DNA of 64,000 nucleotides from Erythrobacter sp. UBA1916 (GTDB taxonomy: Bacteria; Pseudomonadota; Alphaproteobacteria; Sphingomonadales; Sphingomonadaceae): contig DDFY01000038.1 of the NCBI GenBank assembly GCA_002337385.1, forward strand, positions 4,795-68,794, in the 5' to 3' direction. Shown here in pieces: positions 47,383 to 57,365 of the stretch. A program made the translations under genes and the position numbers. Positions within the stretch are counted from its first letter, which is position 1. Each line of letters opens with the position of its first letter. The notes under the pieces are model-generated. The model ran no database searches and was not told the origin of the DNA. It saw only the letters and a program-made list of their open reading frames with translations.

Positions 47383-47829
47383 TCAGGACGTCGTCGCGGT
47401 GGCCTTGCGGCGGCCACGGCGCTGGCCCGGCTTGCGGCCGAGGCCGATCTTCTTGGCCAGTTCGCGACGGGTCGCAGCATAGTTCGGCGCGACCATCGGA
47501 TAGTCGGCGGGAAGATTCCAACGCTCGCGATACTCTTCGGGAGTCATGTCGTAGGCGGTCTTCAGGTGCCGCTTGAGCATCTTCATCTTCTTGCCGTCTT
47601 CCAGGCAGATCAGATAGTCAGGCTTGATAGACGCGCGGATCGAAACGGCCGGTTCAGGCTTGGCTTCTTCGACGGTTTCATTGCCGAGCTTGGCAAGTGC
47701 GCCGTAAACGCTTTCGATTAGAACCGGAACGTCGCTCACTTCGACAGAGTTGTTTGCCACATGCGCCGTAACGATGTCGGCGGCAAGTGTGATGAGCATC
47801 TCGCGGTTTTCGTTAGTATTTGTATCCAT
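47383..47829 (-). CDS. mucR: Ros/MucR zinc-finger regulator
   Basis: ICLEDGKK.KMLKRHL, YPMVAPNY. Confidence 0.95.
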   Translation of the reverse strand: MDTNTNENREMLITLAADIVTAHVANNSVEVSDVPVLIESVYGALAKLGNETVEEAKPEPAVSIRASIKPDYLICLEDGKKMKMLKRHLKTAYDMTPEEYRERWNLPADYPMVAPNYAATRRELAKKIGLGRKPGQRRGRRKATATTS

Positions 47830-47975
47830 AAATTCCTCGGTTCTGCGACCACGTGTACGCCTAATTTATTTTCTTTCCAGGCGAAGACAAGGCCTATGTA
47901 GCAGTGAAAAGGAAATGACAAGTGGTGGCCAAGGTTCCCACCTGTCTTCGGAAGCGTTTACTTTATGATGAACGT

Positions 47976-48437
47976 TTATAGGTGCTTGGCAAAAGTCACG
48001 GCATCGATCGGGCCGTCAGCGGCACCGCGATAGTAACCGGGGCGGCGGCCGATCTGTTCGAAGCCGAATTCTCGGTAGAGATGTTCGGCCGGATTGCCGT
48101 CGCGCATTTCGAGAAACAGGTGCGCGGATCCGCGTGCACGCGCTTCGGCCATCGCCAGTTCCAGCAGGCGGCGGCCTACGCCCTTTCGGCGGTGCTCCGG
48201 CGACACGGCGAGCAGCAGCAACTCCTCCTCGTCAGCGGCTTGTCGCAGCAAGGCAAAACCGGCGGCATCGCTGGCTTCGCGCAGAGGCTGGGAGGGGTCA
48301 GCGGCCACCACCACGCAATGGGTGTTGGCCAGGATCAGCGCATCGGACACCTGCCGACGGTTCCACGCCTCGCCATAGGCCGGGTCGAAGGCGGCCTCCA
48401 TCACATGCATGATGGCGTCGAGCGAATCGACCATCAT
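47976..48437 (-). CDS. rimI: RimI-like N-acetyltransferase
   Basis: EELLLLAV.P..RRKGVG, FLEMR..N, LY..FGF...GRR.GYY; follows tsaB. Confidence 0.85.
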   Translation of the reverse strand: MMVDSLDAIMHVMEAAFDPAYGEAWNRRQVSDALILANTHCVVVAADPSQPLREASDAAGFALLRQAADEEELLLLAVSPEHRRKGVGRRLLELAMAEARARGSAHLFLEMRDGNPAEHLYREFGFEQIGRRPGYYRGAADGPIDAVTFAKHL

Positions 48438-49057
48438 GCCCGGGCCTGCGGCAGACGGGCATCGGGTGCGCGGCCATAGACCGGGGCAAGCGCGGTGGTG
48501 AAATGGCTCTCGTCCAGCAGATGGGCGGCGCGCGCGTCGGGCAGCATGTCGAGCGCGAGGCGGCCATCGCCGAGCTGCTCGGCAAGCGCGTCTGCGCGGT
48601 TGCCGGCAATAGTGGCGTGGCGGCAGGCCGCGGCGGCATCGGCGGGGGGCAGCGAGCGGACATTGTCCTGAACCTCGGCTCCGCTGGCGAAGTTCTGCAC
48701 GAAGTATTCCCCGTGGCCGCCATTCATGCACACGGTAACGGGAGTGTCTGGCAACTTGGCGTCGGCCATAGCGGCGACCAGCGTCAGCGTCGGATAGCCG
48801 AGCACTTGTGCCTGCCAGGCGAGCCCAAGTGCGCGGGCGGCGGCAAGCCCTATACGCACGCCGGTGAAGCTGCCGGGGCCAAGTGAGACGAGAATGCGTT
48901 CGGCACGGCCCTTGTCAGGCAGTTCCGCGATCATCGGCACCAGCCGCTCAGCATGGCCGCGCCCGATTGTGTCGAAACGGCCGTCGACCAGCTTCGTCTC
49001 ATCGAACAGGGCAACCGAACAGGCTTCGGTCGCGCAGTCTATCGCCAGAGTAATCAT
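48434..49057 (-). CDS. tsaB: t6A biosynthesis protein TsaB
   Basis: LAIDCAT, HAERL, GPGSFTGVRIG. Confidence 0.95.
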   Translation of the reverse strand: MITLAIDCATEACSVALFDETKLVDGRFDTIGRGHAERLVPMIAELPDKGRAERILVSLGPGSFTGVRIGLAAARALGLAWQAQVLGYPTLTLVAAMADAKLPDTPVTVCMNGGHGEYFVQNFASGAEVQDNVRSLPPADAAAACRHATIAGNRADALAEQLGDGRLALDMLPDARAAHLLDESHFTTALAPVYGRAPDARLPQARA

Positions 49058-49073
49058 CCGCTCTTCTTACGGA

Positions 49074-49676
49074 TTACAGCAGACGATTGAAGTCCTCGAA
49101 TGCAGGGCGAGGGGCCCGGGGGAACACTTTTTCACGATCGCCATAGCCAACCGAGCAGATGAAGTTGCTCTTCCAGGCCGGATCATTCGCGAAGAAGTCG
49201 GCATCGACGGCAGCGTTATCGAACCCCGACATCGGCCCGCAATCGAGCCCCAGCGCGCGTGCTGCCATGATGAAGTAGCCGCCCTGCAAGGTGCCGTTGC
49301 GGAAGGCGGAGACTTTGCGCATCTCGCGCTTTTCCTCGCCGTCGAACGCGGCCTTGGCGTTTTCCATGTGCGGGGCAAAGCGCGGCAGGTGCTCGTGGAA
49401 CTCCTCGTCCATGGCAATGATTGCGCAGACCGGGGCCTGCTTGATCTTCTCGACGTTGCCCTCCGCAGCGTGGCTGGCGAGGCGTGCCTTGGCCTCGTCT
49501 GATTTGCACCAGACGATCCGCGCGGGAAGCTGGTTCATCGAAGTAGGCGCCATCTTCATAAGGTCCCAGATAGCGGCCATCTGGCTATCGGTGACTTCGC
49601 GATCATCGAACCACTGGTAAGTGCGCGCCTCGCGGAAAAGCTGGTCGAGCGCGGCATCGGGCAGAGGGCTATGCAT
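49074..49676 (-). CDS. Nitroreductase, RutE/malonic semialdehyde reductase-like
   Basis: LFREART, APTSMN..PAR, ARALGLDCGPMSGFD. Confidence 0.88.
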   Translation of the reverse strand: MHSPLPDAALDQLFREARTYQWFDDREVTDSQMAAIWDLMKMAPTSMNQLPARIVWCKSDEAKARLASHAAEGNVEKIKQAPVCAIIAMDEEFHEHLPRFAPHMENAKAAFDGEEKREMRKVSAFRNGTLQGGYFIMAARALGLDCGPMSGFDNAAVDADFFANDPAWKSNFICSVGYGDREKVFPRAPRPAFEDFNRLL

Positions 49677-50257
49677 CAGGCGGCCCTCACTTCGGTGACT
49701 TCGGGTACGTAGTGCTTGAGCAGCCCTTCGATCCCGTGCTTGAGCGTGGCGGTGGAGCTGGGGCAGCCCGAGCAGGCCCCCTGCATCTGCAGATAGACCA
49801 CGCCGCTGCGGAAGCCGCGATAGCGGATATCGCCGCCGTCGCCTGCCACGGCGGGGCGCACGCGGGTCTCGATCAGTTCCTTGATCTGGGCGACCACGTC
49901 TTCGGTGCCCTCATCATCGCCGAGCATTTCCGCCTCGTCCTCGGCCGGAACGGAGAAGCCACTGGCATCGCCGCCGGTAAACAGCGGGGCCTCGCTCACG
50001 AAGTGGTCAAGCAGCACGGCGACCACCTGCGGCTTCAGCGCCGACCAGTCCGCGCCCGGTGCGGCGGTGACCGAAACGAAGTCCGATCCGAAGAACACGC
50101 CCGTTACTTCGCCCGAATCGAACAGCGCCTCTGCCAGAGGAGATGCTTCGGCATCCTCGGGGCTGGCGAAGTCGCGCGTTCCGGAGGGCATCACCGCGCG
50201 TCCGGGCAGGAACTTGAGCGTGGCGGGGTTGGGCGTGGTTTCGGTCTCGATGAACAT
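49676..50257 (-). CDS. NifU/Nfu family Fe-S carrier
   Basis: MFIETETTPNP, VRPAVAGDGGD, GACSGCPSS. Confidence 0.93.
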   Translation of the reverse strand: MFIETETTPNPATLKFLPGRAVMPSGTRDFASPEDAEASPLAEALFDSGEVTGVFFGSDFVSVTAAPGADWSALKPQVVAVLLDHFVSEAPLFTGGDASGFSVPAEDEAEMLGDDEGTEDVVAQIKELIETRVRPAVAGDGGDIRYRGFRSGVVYLQMQGACSGCPSSTATLKHGIEGLLKHYVPEVTEVRAA

Positions 50258-50357
50258 GGGCAGGATGTAGGGGCAGGGCCGGGCGGCGGCAAGGGAGGGC
50301 CCGGAGTAAGTATTGCATTCACTGTCCCTTCATAAGTTTGTCCGTTAGGTGCAGCCC

Positions 50358-53306
50358 ATGAGCATTCTCTTGCGCTGCGTTCGCGCTCTCGCCCCGTTTG
50401 CCCTTGTTGCTCCGCTGGTCGCTCCCGTTGCGGCGCAGGCACAAAGCGGCGCCACTTGCACGATTCACGCGATTCCTGGCGAGGATGTGCCGAAATATGC
50501 GCGGCCCGACGATCCGTGGATCTTCCGCGGCACCGATATTCCCATCGATGACGAATGGCTGATGGGCGAACTGCCCAACGGCGTACGCTATGCCGTGCGC
50601 GAAAACGGCGTGCCGCCATGCCAGGCCAGCTTCCGCATCGCCATCGATGCAGGTTCGCTCAACGAGACCGACAGTGAGCGCGGCTTTGCCCACCTGCTCG
50701 AGCACATGACCTTCCGCCAGTCGCGCGATTTCGCTTCGGGTGAGGCGATCCCCTATTTCCAGCGGCTGGGCGCGAGCCTTGGGGCTGACACCAACGCCTC
50801 CACCGGCCCCACGCAGACGGTCTACAAGCTTGACCTGCCCAATGCCGACCGGACCAAGCTGTTTGACAGCGTGCGTCTGTTTGCCGGCATGATCGAGGCG
50901 CCCACGCTCAGCAGCGACAACCTTGCCGCCGACCTGCCGATCGTGCTCGCCGAGATGCGCGATGGTGCGGGGGCCAACCGCCGCATCGGCGAGGCTTCGC
51001 AGAGCACCTTCTTTGCCGGGCAGCGGATGGCCGACCGCAACCCGATCGGCACCATCGAGACCTTGCAGGCCGCAACGCAGGAAAGCGTGCGCGCCTTTCA
51101 CCAGCGCTGGTATCGCCCTGAAAATGCCGTCGTCGTGCTCGTGGCCGATGCCGATCCGCAGGTGCTGGCCGCGCTGATCGAGCGCGAGTTCAGCGACTGG
51201 CAGGTTCCCGGAGAGCCGACCGAAGCTCCTGACTTCGGCGATCCCGTAGCGCCAGCCGATGCTTTGGCCGGGGCTGACGGCGTGCCCGTGGGCGAGACGG
51301 CCGTGATCGTCGAGCCGGGGCAGGCGCGGGCTATCAACTATGCGATCATGCGCCCCTGGGTGCAGGTGACCGACAACATCGAATACAACCGCGGCGTGCT
51401 GCTCAACCAACTGGCGGCGGGCATCGTCAACCGTCGGCTGGAAAACCGTGCGCGCGCTGGTGGTCATTACCTTTACGCGCAGGTTTCGCGGCAGAAGGTC
51501 GCGCGCTCGGTCGACGGCACCTATGTCTCGCTCGCCCCGCTCGATGAGGATTGGGAGGCCGCACTGGCCGACGTGCGCAGCGTGATCGCCGACGCACTGG
51601 CCGAACCGCCGAGCCAGGCCGAGATCGACCGTGTGGTCGCCGATTTCGATATTTCCTTCGTCAATGGCGTGGAGCAGGCGCGCATTCAGGCAGGCAGCCA
51701 GCTCGCCGATACGCTGGTGGGCGCGGTCGAGATCCGCGAGGCCGTTGCCTCGCCGCAGACCTTCCTCGACGTGTTCCGCTCGATGAAGGACCGCTTCACG
51801 CCCGATCAGCTGCTTCAGGCCACTCGCAGCCTGTTTGAAGGCGATGTGGTGCGCGCAATCATGCTTACCCCGCAGGAGGGCGAGGCCACACCCGAGCAGC
51901 TGCGCGAGGCACTTGCTGCGCCGGTCGAGGCGAGCGACGTGGCGCGCGACGATGGCTCGACCATCGACTTTGCCGATCTGCCCGCCATCGGTGAACCTGC
52001 ACCGCCGACCCAGCGCGCGCAGCTTGGCGTGTTCGACACCGAGGCAATCAAGTTCGCCAACGGCGTGCGTGCGATGCTCTATTCGCGCGATAACGAGCCG
52101 GGCCGGGTCACGGTGCGGGTGCGTTTCGGCGCTGGTTGGCGCGGGTTCGCGGACGACGAGGCCGCCTATGCCCAGCTTGGCCAGATGGCGCTGATCAATT
52201 CGGGCATCGGCCCGCTTGGTCAGAACGATCTCGATAAGCTCGCCTCTGGCCGCAAGCTGGGCTTCCAGTTCCGGATCGAGGATGGCACCTTCGTGTTCGA
52301 GGGGGCGACCCGGCAGGAAGACCTGGCCGACCAGCTCTATCTGTTCGCCGCCAAGCTCGCCATGCCGAGCTGGGACGAGGCTCCGCTAACCCGCGCTAAG
52401 GCCAGCGCCCGGCTTGCCTATGACAGCTATGGTGCTGATCCCTCCGGCGTGCTCAACCGCGATCTCGACTGGTTGCTGCGCGACCGTGACCCGCGCTTCG
52501 CCACCGCCGACCCGGACGACATCGCGGCTGTCACGCCCGAGCAGTTCCGCGCCGTGTGGGAACGTCTGCTGGCGCAGGGACCGATCGAGGTTGACGTGTT
52601 CGGAGATGTCGACCGCGAGGCGACCATCGCCGCACTGTCGCGCACCTTTGGCGCGCTGGCACCGCGTTCGCCGTTGCCGCCCGAGGTTGTCAGCCGTTCG
52701 GTCAGCTTCCCTGCCGCCAACGCCGAGCCTCTGGTGCTGACCCACAATGGCGATGCCGATCAGGCCGCAGCCGTGATTGCCTGGCCCACCGGCGGCGGCT
52801 CGGCGGGGCTGAGCGAAAGCCGCAAGCTTGATCTGCTGGGCCGGATCTATTCGATCCGCCTGCTCGACAATCTGCGCGAGCGGATGGGCGCTGCCTATTC
52901 GCCGATCGTCAACTCGACCTGGCCCAAGGACGTCGACACCGGCGGCATGATCTTCGCACTGGTGCAGATCGAGCCTTCGCAGGTGCCGGGCTTCTTCGAG
53001 GAAGCCGAGGCTATTGCGCGCGATCTCGCCACCAACGGCCCGACCGCCGACGAGCTGGAGCGCGTGGTGGAGCCGGTGAAGCAATATATCAGCCGGGCCC
53101 AGACCGGGCATACCTTCTGGCTCAACCAGCTTGAGGGCGCGACTTTCGACCCGCAACGGCTGCTGGCGCTCAACACGTTGTGGAGCGACTATGCCGAAGC
53201 AACGCCCGAGGAAATCCGCGCGCTGGCGGAGCAGTATCTGGTCGGCCACGGCGGCTTCAAGGTGGCGATTATGCCCTCCAGCGATGCTGGGGTGGCGGGC
53301 CGATAA
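50358..53306 (+). CDS. M16 family zinc metallopeptidase (PqqL-like), exported
   Basis: Signal peptide, LPNGVRY, inverted zinc motif HLLEH, NA.T. Confidence 0.9.
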   Translation: MSILLRCVRALAPFALVAPLVAPVAAQAQSGATCTIHAIPGEDVPKYARPDDPWIFRGTDIPIDDEWLMGELPNGVRYAVRENGVPPCQASFRIAIDAGSLNETDSERGFAHLLEHMTFRQSRDFASGEAIPYFQRLGASLGADTNASTGPTQTVYKLDLPNADRTKLFDSVRLFAGMIEAPTLSSDNLAADLPIVLAEMRDGAGANRRIGEASQSTFFAGQRMADRNPIGTIETLQAATQESVRAFHQRWYRPENAVVVLVADADPQVLAALIEREFSDWQVPGEPTEAPDFGDPVAPADALAGADGVPVGETAVIVEPGQARAINYAIMRPWVQVTDNIEYNRGVLLNQLAAGIVNRRLENRARAGGHYLYAQVSRQKVARSVDGTYVSLAPLDEDWEAALADVRSVIADALAEPPSQAEIDRVVADFDISFVNGVEQARIQAGSQLADTLVGAVEIREAVASPQTFLDVFRSMKDRFTPDQLLQATRSLFEGDVVRAIMLTPQEGEATPEQLREALAAPVEASDVARDDGSTIDFADLPAIGEPAPPTQRAQLGVFDTEAIKFANGVRAMLYSRDNEPGRVTVRVRFGAGWRGFADDEAAYAQLGQMALINSGIGPLGQNDLDKLASGRKLGFQFRIEDGTFVFEGATRQEDLADQLYLFAAKLAMPSWDEAPLTRAKASARLAYDSYGADPSGVLNRDLDWLLRDRDPRFATADPDDIAAVTPEQFRAVWERLLAQGPIEVDVFGDVDREATIAALSRTFGALAPRSPLPPEVVSRSVSFPAANAEPLVLTHNGDADQAAAVIAWPTGGGSAGLSESRKLDLLGRIYSIRLLDNLRERMGAAYSPIVNSTWPKDVDTGGMIFALVQIEPSQVPGFFEEAEAIARDLATNGPTADELERVVEPVKQYISRAQTGHTFWLNQLEGATFDPQRLLALNTLWSDYAEATPEEIRALAEQYLVGHGGFKVAIMPSSDAGVAGR

Positions 53307-53492
53307 GGGCAGGGGGCAAACGAGCGAGCCGCTTACAGTCATCGGATAAATGCCGCGCCAGCCGCGCGTGGTATCGCAAGTAACCTTTGCCACCGGGCTT
53401 TCGCGAGCCTATGTTGGGCCCTTCCTCGCACAATTTGTTTGAATTGTTGGCGCATTTGCCGGGCGCGAGGACGGCATTGGCAGGAAAGACAC

Positions 53493-54872
53493 GTGGCACA
53501 CAACTGGACTCCCGAGAGCTGGCGCGGTGACCGTTTCACGGCGAAGCACATCCCGCATTACGAGGATCAGGCGGCACTCACCGCCGCCGAGCAGACGCTG
53601 GCCGGATATCCTCCGCTGGTGTTTGCGGGCGAGGCCCGCGCGCTGAAGGCGGAGCTGGGCAAGGCAGCAGCGGGCGAGGCCTTCCTGCTGCAGGGTGGCG
53701 ACTGTGCCGAGAGCTTTGCCGAGTTCAGCCCCAACAACATTCGCGACACCTTCCGCGTGATCCTGCAAATGGCGGCGGTGCTGACCTTTGCCAGCAAGAT
53801 GCCGGTGGTGAAGGTGGGCCGCATGGCCGGGCAGTTCGCCAAGCCGCGCAGCGCGCCGACTGAAACACAGGGCGATATCACTGCGCCGAGCTATTTCGGT
53901 GACATCATCAACGGGATCGACTTCGGCGTGGAAAGCCGCGCCAACGATCCCGAGCGCATGATCCGCGCCTACAGCCAGTCGGCGGCGACGCTGAACCTGC
54001 TGCGCGCCTTTGCTGGCGGTGGCTATGCCAACCTGCGCCAGGTGCATCGCTGGACGCTCGACTTCATGGGCCGCAGCGCCTGGGCCGATCAGTATCAGTC
54101 GATCGCCGACCGGATTGGTGAGGCGCTCGACTTCATGGAAGCCTGCGGCATCGACATCGAGCACGAGCCCGCGCTCAAGGCGGCCAGCTTCTACACCAGC
54201 CACGAGGCGCTGCTGCTTCCCTACGAGCAGGCGCTGACGCGGCAGGATTCGCTGAGCGGTGAATGGTTCGACTGTTCGGCGCACATGCTGTGGATTGGCG
54301 ACCGCACCCGTTTCATCGATTCGGCGCATGTCGAATTCCTGCGCGGGGTGAACAACCCGATCGGCGTGAAGTGCGGCCCGAGCCTTGAGCCCGATGCCCT
54401 GCTTGAAATGCTCGACGTGCTGAACCCCGGCCGCGAAGCCGGGCGGATCACGCTCATCAGCCGCTTCGGCCACGAGAAGGTCGAAGCCGGGCTTGCCCCG
54501 CTGGTGCGCGCCGTGGCCCGCGAAGGCCATCCGGTGGTGTGGAGCTGCGATCCGATGCACGGCAACGTCATCAAGTCCGACTCGGGCTACAAGACGCGTC
54601 CGTTCGAGCGCATCCTTAGCGAGGTGAAGGGCTTCTTCGCCGTGCACCGGGCCGAGGGCACCCATGCTGGCGGCATCCATATCGAGATGACGGGGCAGGA
54701 CGTGACTGAATGCACGGGCGGCGCCGTGGCTATCACCGATGCCGGTCTTGCGGACCGCTATCACACCCATTGCGATCCGCGCCTCAACGCTGCGCAGTCG
54801 CTTGAGCTGGCCTTTACACTGGCCGAAATGCTCAACCTCGAACTGGCCGAACGTGAGCGCGACGCGGCCTGA
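53493..54872 (+). CDS. Class II DAHP synthase
   Basis: [37 protein letters not shown]. Confidence 0.96.
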   Translation: MAHNWTPESWRGDRFTAKHIPHYEDQAALTAAEQTLAGYPPLVFAGEARALKAELGKAAAGEAFLLQGGDCAESFAEFSPNNIRDTFRVILQMAAVLTFASKMPVVKVGRMAGQFAKPRSAPTETQGDITAPSYFGDIINGIDFGVESRANDPERMIRAYSQSAATLNLLRAFAGGGYANLRQVHRWTLDFMGRSAWADQYQSIADRIGEALDFMEACGIDIEHEPALKAASFYTSHEALLLPYEQALTRQDSLSGEWFDCSAHMLWIGDRTRFIDSAHVEFLRGVNNPIGVKCGPSLEPDALLEMLDVLNPGREAGRITLISRFGHEKVEAGLAPLVRAVAREGHPVVWSCDPMHGNVIKSDSGYKTRPFERILSEVKGFFAVHRAEGTHAGGIHIEMTGQDVTECTGGAVAITDAGLADRYHTHCDPRLNAAQSLELAFTLAEMLNLELAERERDAA

Positions 54873-54900
54873 CACGAGGCCGCAAAAAAGGCATTCCAAA

Positions 54901-54931
54901 GGGTCGGCGAGGAAACTCGCCGGCCCTTTTT
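54901..54931 (+). terminator. Intrinsic terminator after DAHP synthase
   Basis: GGGTCGGCGAG-GAAA-CTCGCCGGCCC-TTTTT. Confidence 0.88.
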
Positions 54932-54944
54932 GATTGCGAATTCC

Positions 54945-54969
54945 GGAACCTGGCGAGGGCGGGCGGGTT
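54945..54969 (+). promoter_or_regulatory. Candidate EcfG/sigmaT (general stress) promoter of egtBD
   Basis: GGAAC-N17-GTT. Confidence 0.55.
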
Positions 54970-55038
54970 TACGGTGATGCTAGCTTTCGGCTATTCGGGT
55001 CGTGGGAAGCACCACTGCGACACCACGAGGAGAGGGCC

Positions 55039-56307
55039 TTGGCCGCTGCCGCAACCCACCCCGTATTAGCCCCCGGCAGCCCGCTGGCAGAACGCTATAG
55101 CGCTACTCGCGCGCTGACAGAAGCGCTGCTCAAGCCGCTGAGCGAAGCCGATGTCACGATCCAGTCGATGCCCGATGCATCGCCTGCGAAGTGGCACGCC
55201 GCCCATGTCACGTGGTTCTGGGAGACCTTTCTCCTGCGCGACCATTTGGCGGGCTACGAACTGTTCAACGAGCGCTGGCCGTTCCTGTTCAACTCTTACT
55301 ACGAGGCCGAGGGCGAGCGGCTGCTGCGTGCGCGGCGCGGAATGCTGTCGCGGCCCACGCTCGCGCAGATCCTCGAATGGCGCGCCGATGTCGATGCGAC
55401 GATGGAGAGCCTGTTCGAGCGGCCCGAATGCGCCGACCTTATCGAACTGGGTCTGGCGCATGAACAGCAGCACATCGAACTGTTGCTGACCGACATCAAG
55501 CACGCGCTGTTCTCCAATCCGCTCGGACCTGCAATGTGGGAGGACACCGCAGCGCCGCCCCGCGCCAGCGAGCAACGCGACGGCTGGCTCTCGCACCCCG
55601 GCGGGATCGCCCGCGTGGGGCATCAGGAGGAGGGCTTCGCGTTCGATAACGAGGGGCCTGTCCACCGCACCATGCTCGAGCCGTTTGCGCTGTCGAAGCG
55701 GCTGGTAACCAATGGCGAGTGGCAGGCCTTTATCGACGATGGTGGCTATCGCACTGCCGCGCTGTGGCTGTCGGACGGCTGGGCCTGGGTCCAGCGCAAG
55801 GGCATTACCGCGCCGCTTTACTGGCGCGATGACGCGCAATTCACGCACTCCGGCTGGCAGCCGCGCGATCCCGATGCGCCTGTCGCGCATATCTCCTATT
55901 ACGAGGCCGATGCCTTCGCCACCTGGGCGGGTGCTCGTTTGCCGACTGAGTTCGAGTGGGAAGCCATCGCGCGCGGTCAGGATACCAGCGGCGACAATCG
56001 GCCCGGCTTTTCCGCGAGTTCAGGCACCCAGCTCGACGGCGCCGCGCCGCCGCTGCCGGCGGGCACGGGGGAACTGTTCGGCGATGTCTGGCAGTTCACC
56101 CGCTCGGGTTATCTGCCCTATCCGCGCTTCGCTCCGGCTGAGGGCGCGGTGGGCGAATACAACGGCAAATTCATGGCCGGACAATGGGTGCTCAAAGGCG
56201 CGAGCTGCGCCACCGTGCGCGGCCATTCGCGTGCCTCCTACCGCAATTTCTTCTACCCGCAGCAACGCTGGCAATTCACCGGCCTGCGCCTCGCAAAGGA
56301 CATTTGA
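55039..56307 (+). CDS. egtB: Ergothioneine biosynthesis sulfoxide synthase
   Basis: QSMPDASPAKWH, FNSYY, HEQQHIE iron motif, FGE-like domain, GEYNGKFM, RNFF; TTG start after GAGGAG. Confidence 0.93.
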   Translation: MAAAATHPVLAPGSPLAERYSATRALTEALLKPLSEADVTIQSMPDASPAKWHAAHVTWFWETFLLRDHLAGYELFNERWPFLFNSYYEAEGERLLRARRGMLSRPTLAQILEWRADVDATMESLFERPECADLIELGLAHEQQHIELLLTDIKHALFSNPLGPAMWEDTAAPPRASEQRDGWLSHPGGIARVGHQEEGFAFDNEGPVHRTMLEPFALSKRLVTNGEWQAFIDDGGYRTAALWLSDGWAWVQRKGITAPLYWRDDAQFTHSGWQPRDPDAPVAHISYYEADAFATWAGARLPTEFEWEAIARGQDTSGDNRPGFSASSGTQLDGAAPPLPAGTGELFGDVWQFTRSGYLPYPRFAPAEGAVGEYNGKFMAGQWVLKGASCATVRGHSRASYRNFFYPQQRWQFTGLRLAKDI

Positions 56308-57305
56308 TGGCGGCTCAGACCGATATTCGCCCCGACATGCGTATGGTCGATCTCGACGATGACGGCGTCGACCGGGCCTTTCGTGCCGACGTGCTTGAAG
56401 GGCTGGGCGCGCCGCAAAAGGCGATCCCTGCGCGCTGGTTCTACGACGACGAAGGCTCACGCCTGTTCGAGGACATTACCCAGCTGCCCGAATACTATCC
56501 GACCCGCGCGGAGACCGAGATCCTGCGCGAGCGCGGGGCCGACTTTGCTCCCCTCATCGGGCCGGGCCGGGCGGTGGTCGAGTTCGGCTCGGGCTCCTCG
56601 CTCAAGACCCCGTTGCTGCTCGATGCGATCCGTCCGGGCGCCTATGTCCCGCTCGACATTGCGGGCGATTTCCTGCGCGAATCCTCGGCGGCGCTGGCGG
56701 CGAAGTTTCCCGGGCTTCCGGTGCATCCGGTCGAGGCTGACTTCACGGCGAAGGTCACGCTGCCGGACGAATTGCACCATATGGCCAAGCTCGGTTTCTT
56801 CCCCGGCTCGACCATCGGCAACATGGTCCCGCGCGCTGCGGTCGATCTGCTGCGCACCATGCGGATGACGCTGGGGGGCGATGCGCTGCTGCTGATCGGG
56901 GTCGACCTGATCAAGGATATCGAGGTGCTCACAGCAGCTTACGACGATGCTGCCGGGGTTACCGCAGCCTTCAACCGCAACCTTCTGAAGCGCATCAACC
57001 GCGAGTTGGGCGGCGATATACCGATTGCTGCCTTCGCCCACCGGGCGCGCTGGAATGATACCTATGCCCGGATCGAGATGCACCTGGAGGCGCGGGCCGA
57101 GATTGCCTTCACCGTCGCCGGGCGTTCCTTTTCCATGCGGGCAGGCGAGACCATCCACACCGAGAACAGCCACAAGTTCGATCTGCGCAGTGCCAACACG
57201 CTGCTGCTGGCCGGGCACTGGACTCCGGTCGAACGCTGGACGGACAGCCAGGACCGCTTTTCCCTGATCCTTGCCCGGGCCGGCGTGCCACGCAAGGCTC
57301 CCTGA
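56307..57305 (+). CDS. egtD: L-histidine N-alpha-trimethyltransferase
   Basis: FYD..GS.LF..IT.LPEYY.TR.E, EFGSG, GSTIGN, AYDD..GVTA.FN, TENS.KF. Confidence 0.95.
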   Translation: MAAQTDIRPDMRMVDLDDDGVDRAFRADVLEGLGAPQKAIPARWFYDDEGSRLFEDITQLPEYYPTRAETEILRERGADFAPLIGPGRAVVEFGSGSSLKTPLLLDAIRPGAYVPLDIAGDFLRESSAALAAKFPGLPVHPVEADFTAKVTLPDELHHMAKLGFFPGSTIGNMVPRAAVDLLRTMRMTLGGDALLLIGVDLIKDIEVLTAAYDDAAGVTAAFNRNLLKRINRELGGDIPIAAFAHRARWNDTYARIEMHLEARAEIAFTVAGRSFSMRAGETIHTENSHKFDLRSANTLLLAGHWTPVERWTDSQDRFSLILARAGVPRKAP

Positions 57306-57365
57306 TATCCACGAGGGAAGGGCCGACAGTCGTAATTCATCAAGTTGGCGTTATATCGGTTGCTT

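Noticed and set aside
55039-56307. FGE-like domain as the maturase of the nearby arylsulfatase, or a selenoneine SenA
   Set aside because: It has the EgtB iron motif, is coupled to egtD and lacks the FGE catalytic cysteine pair; no senB/senC genes are adjacent
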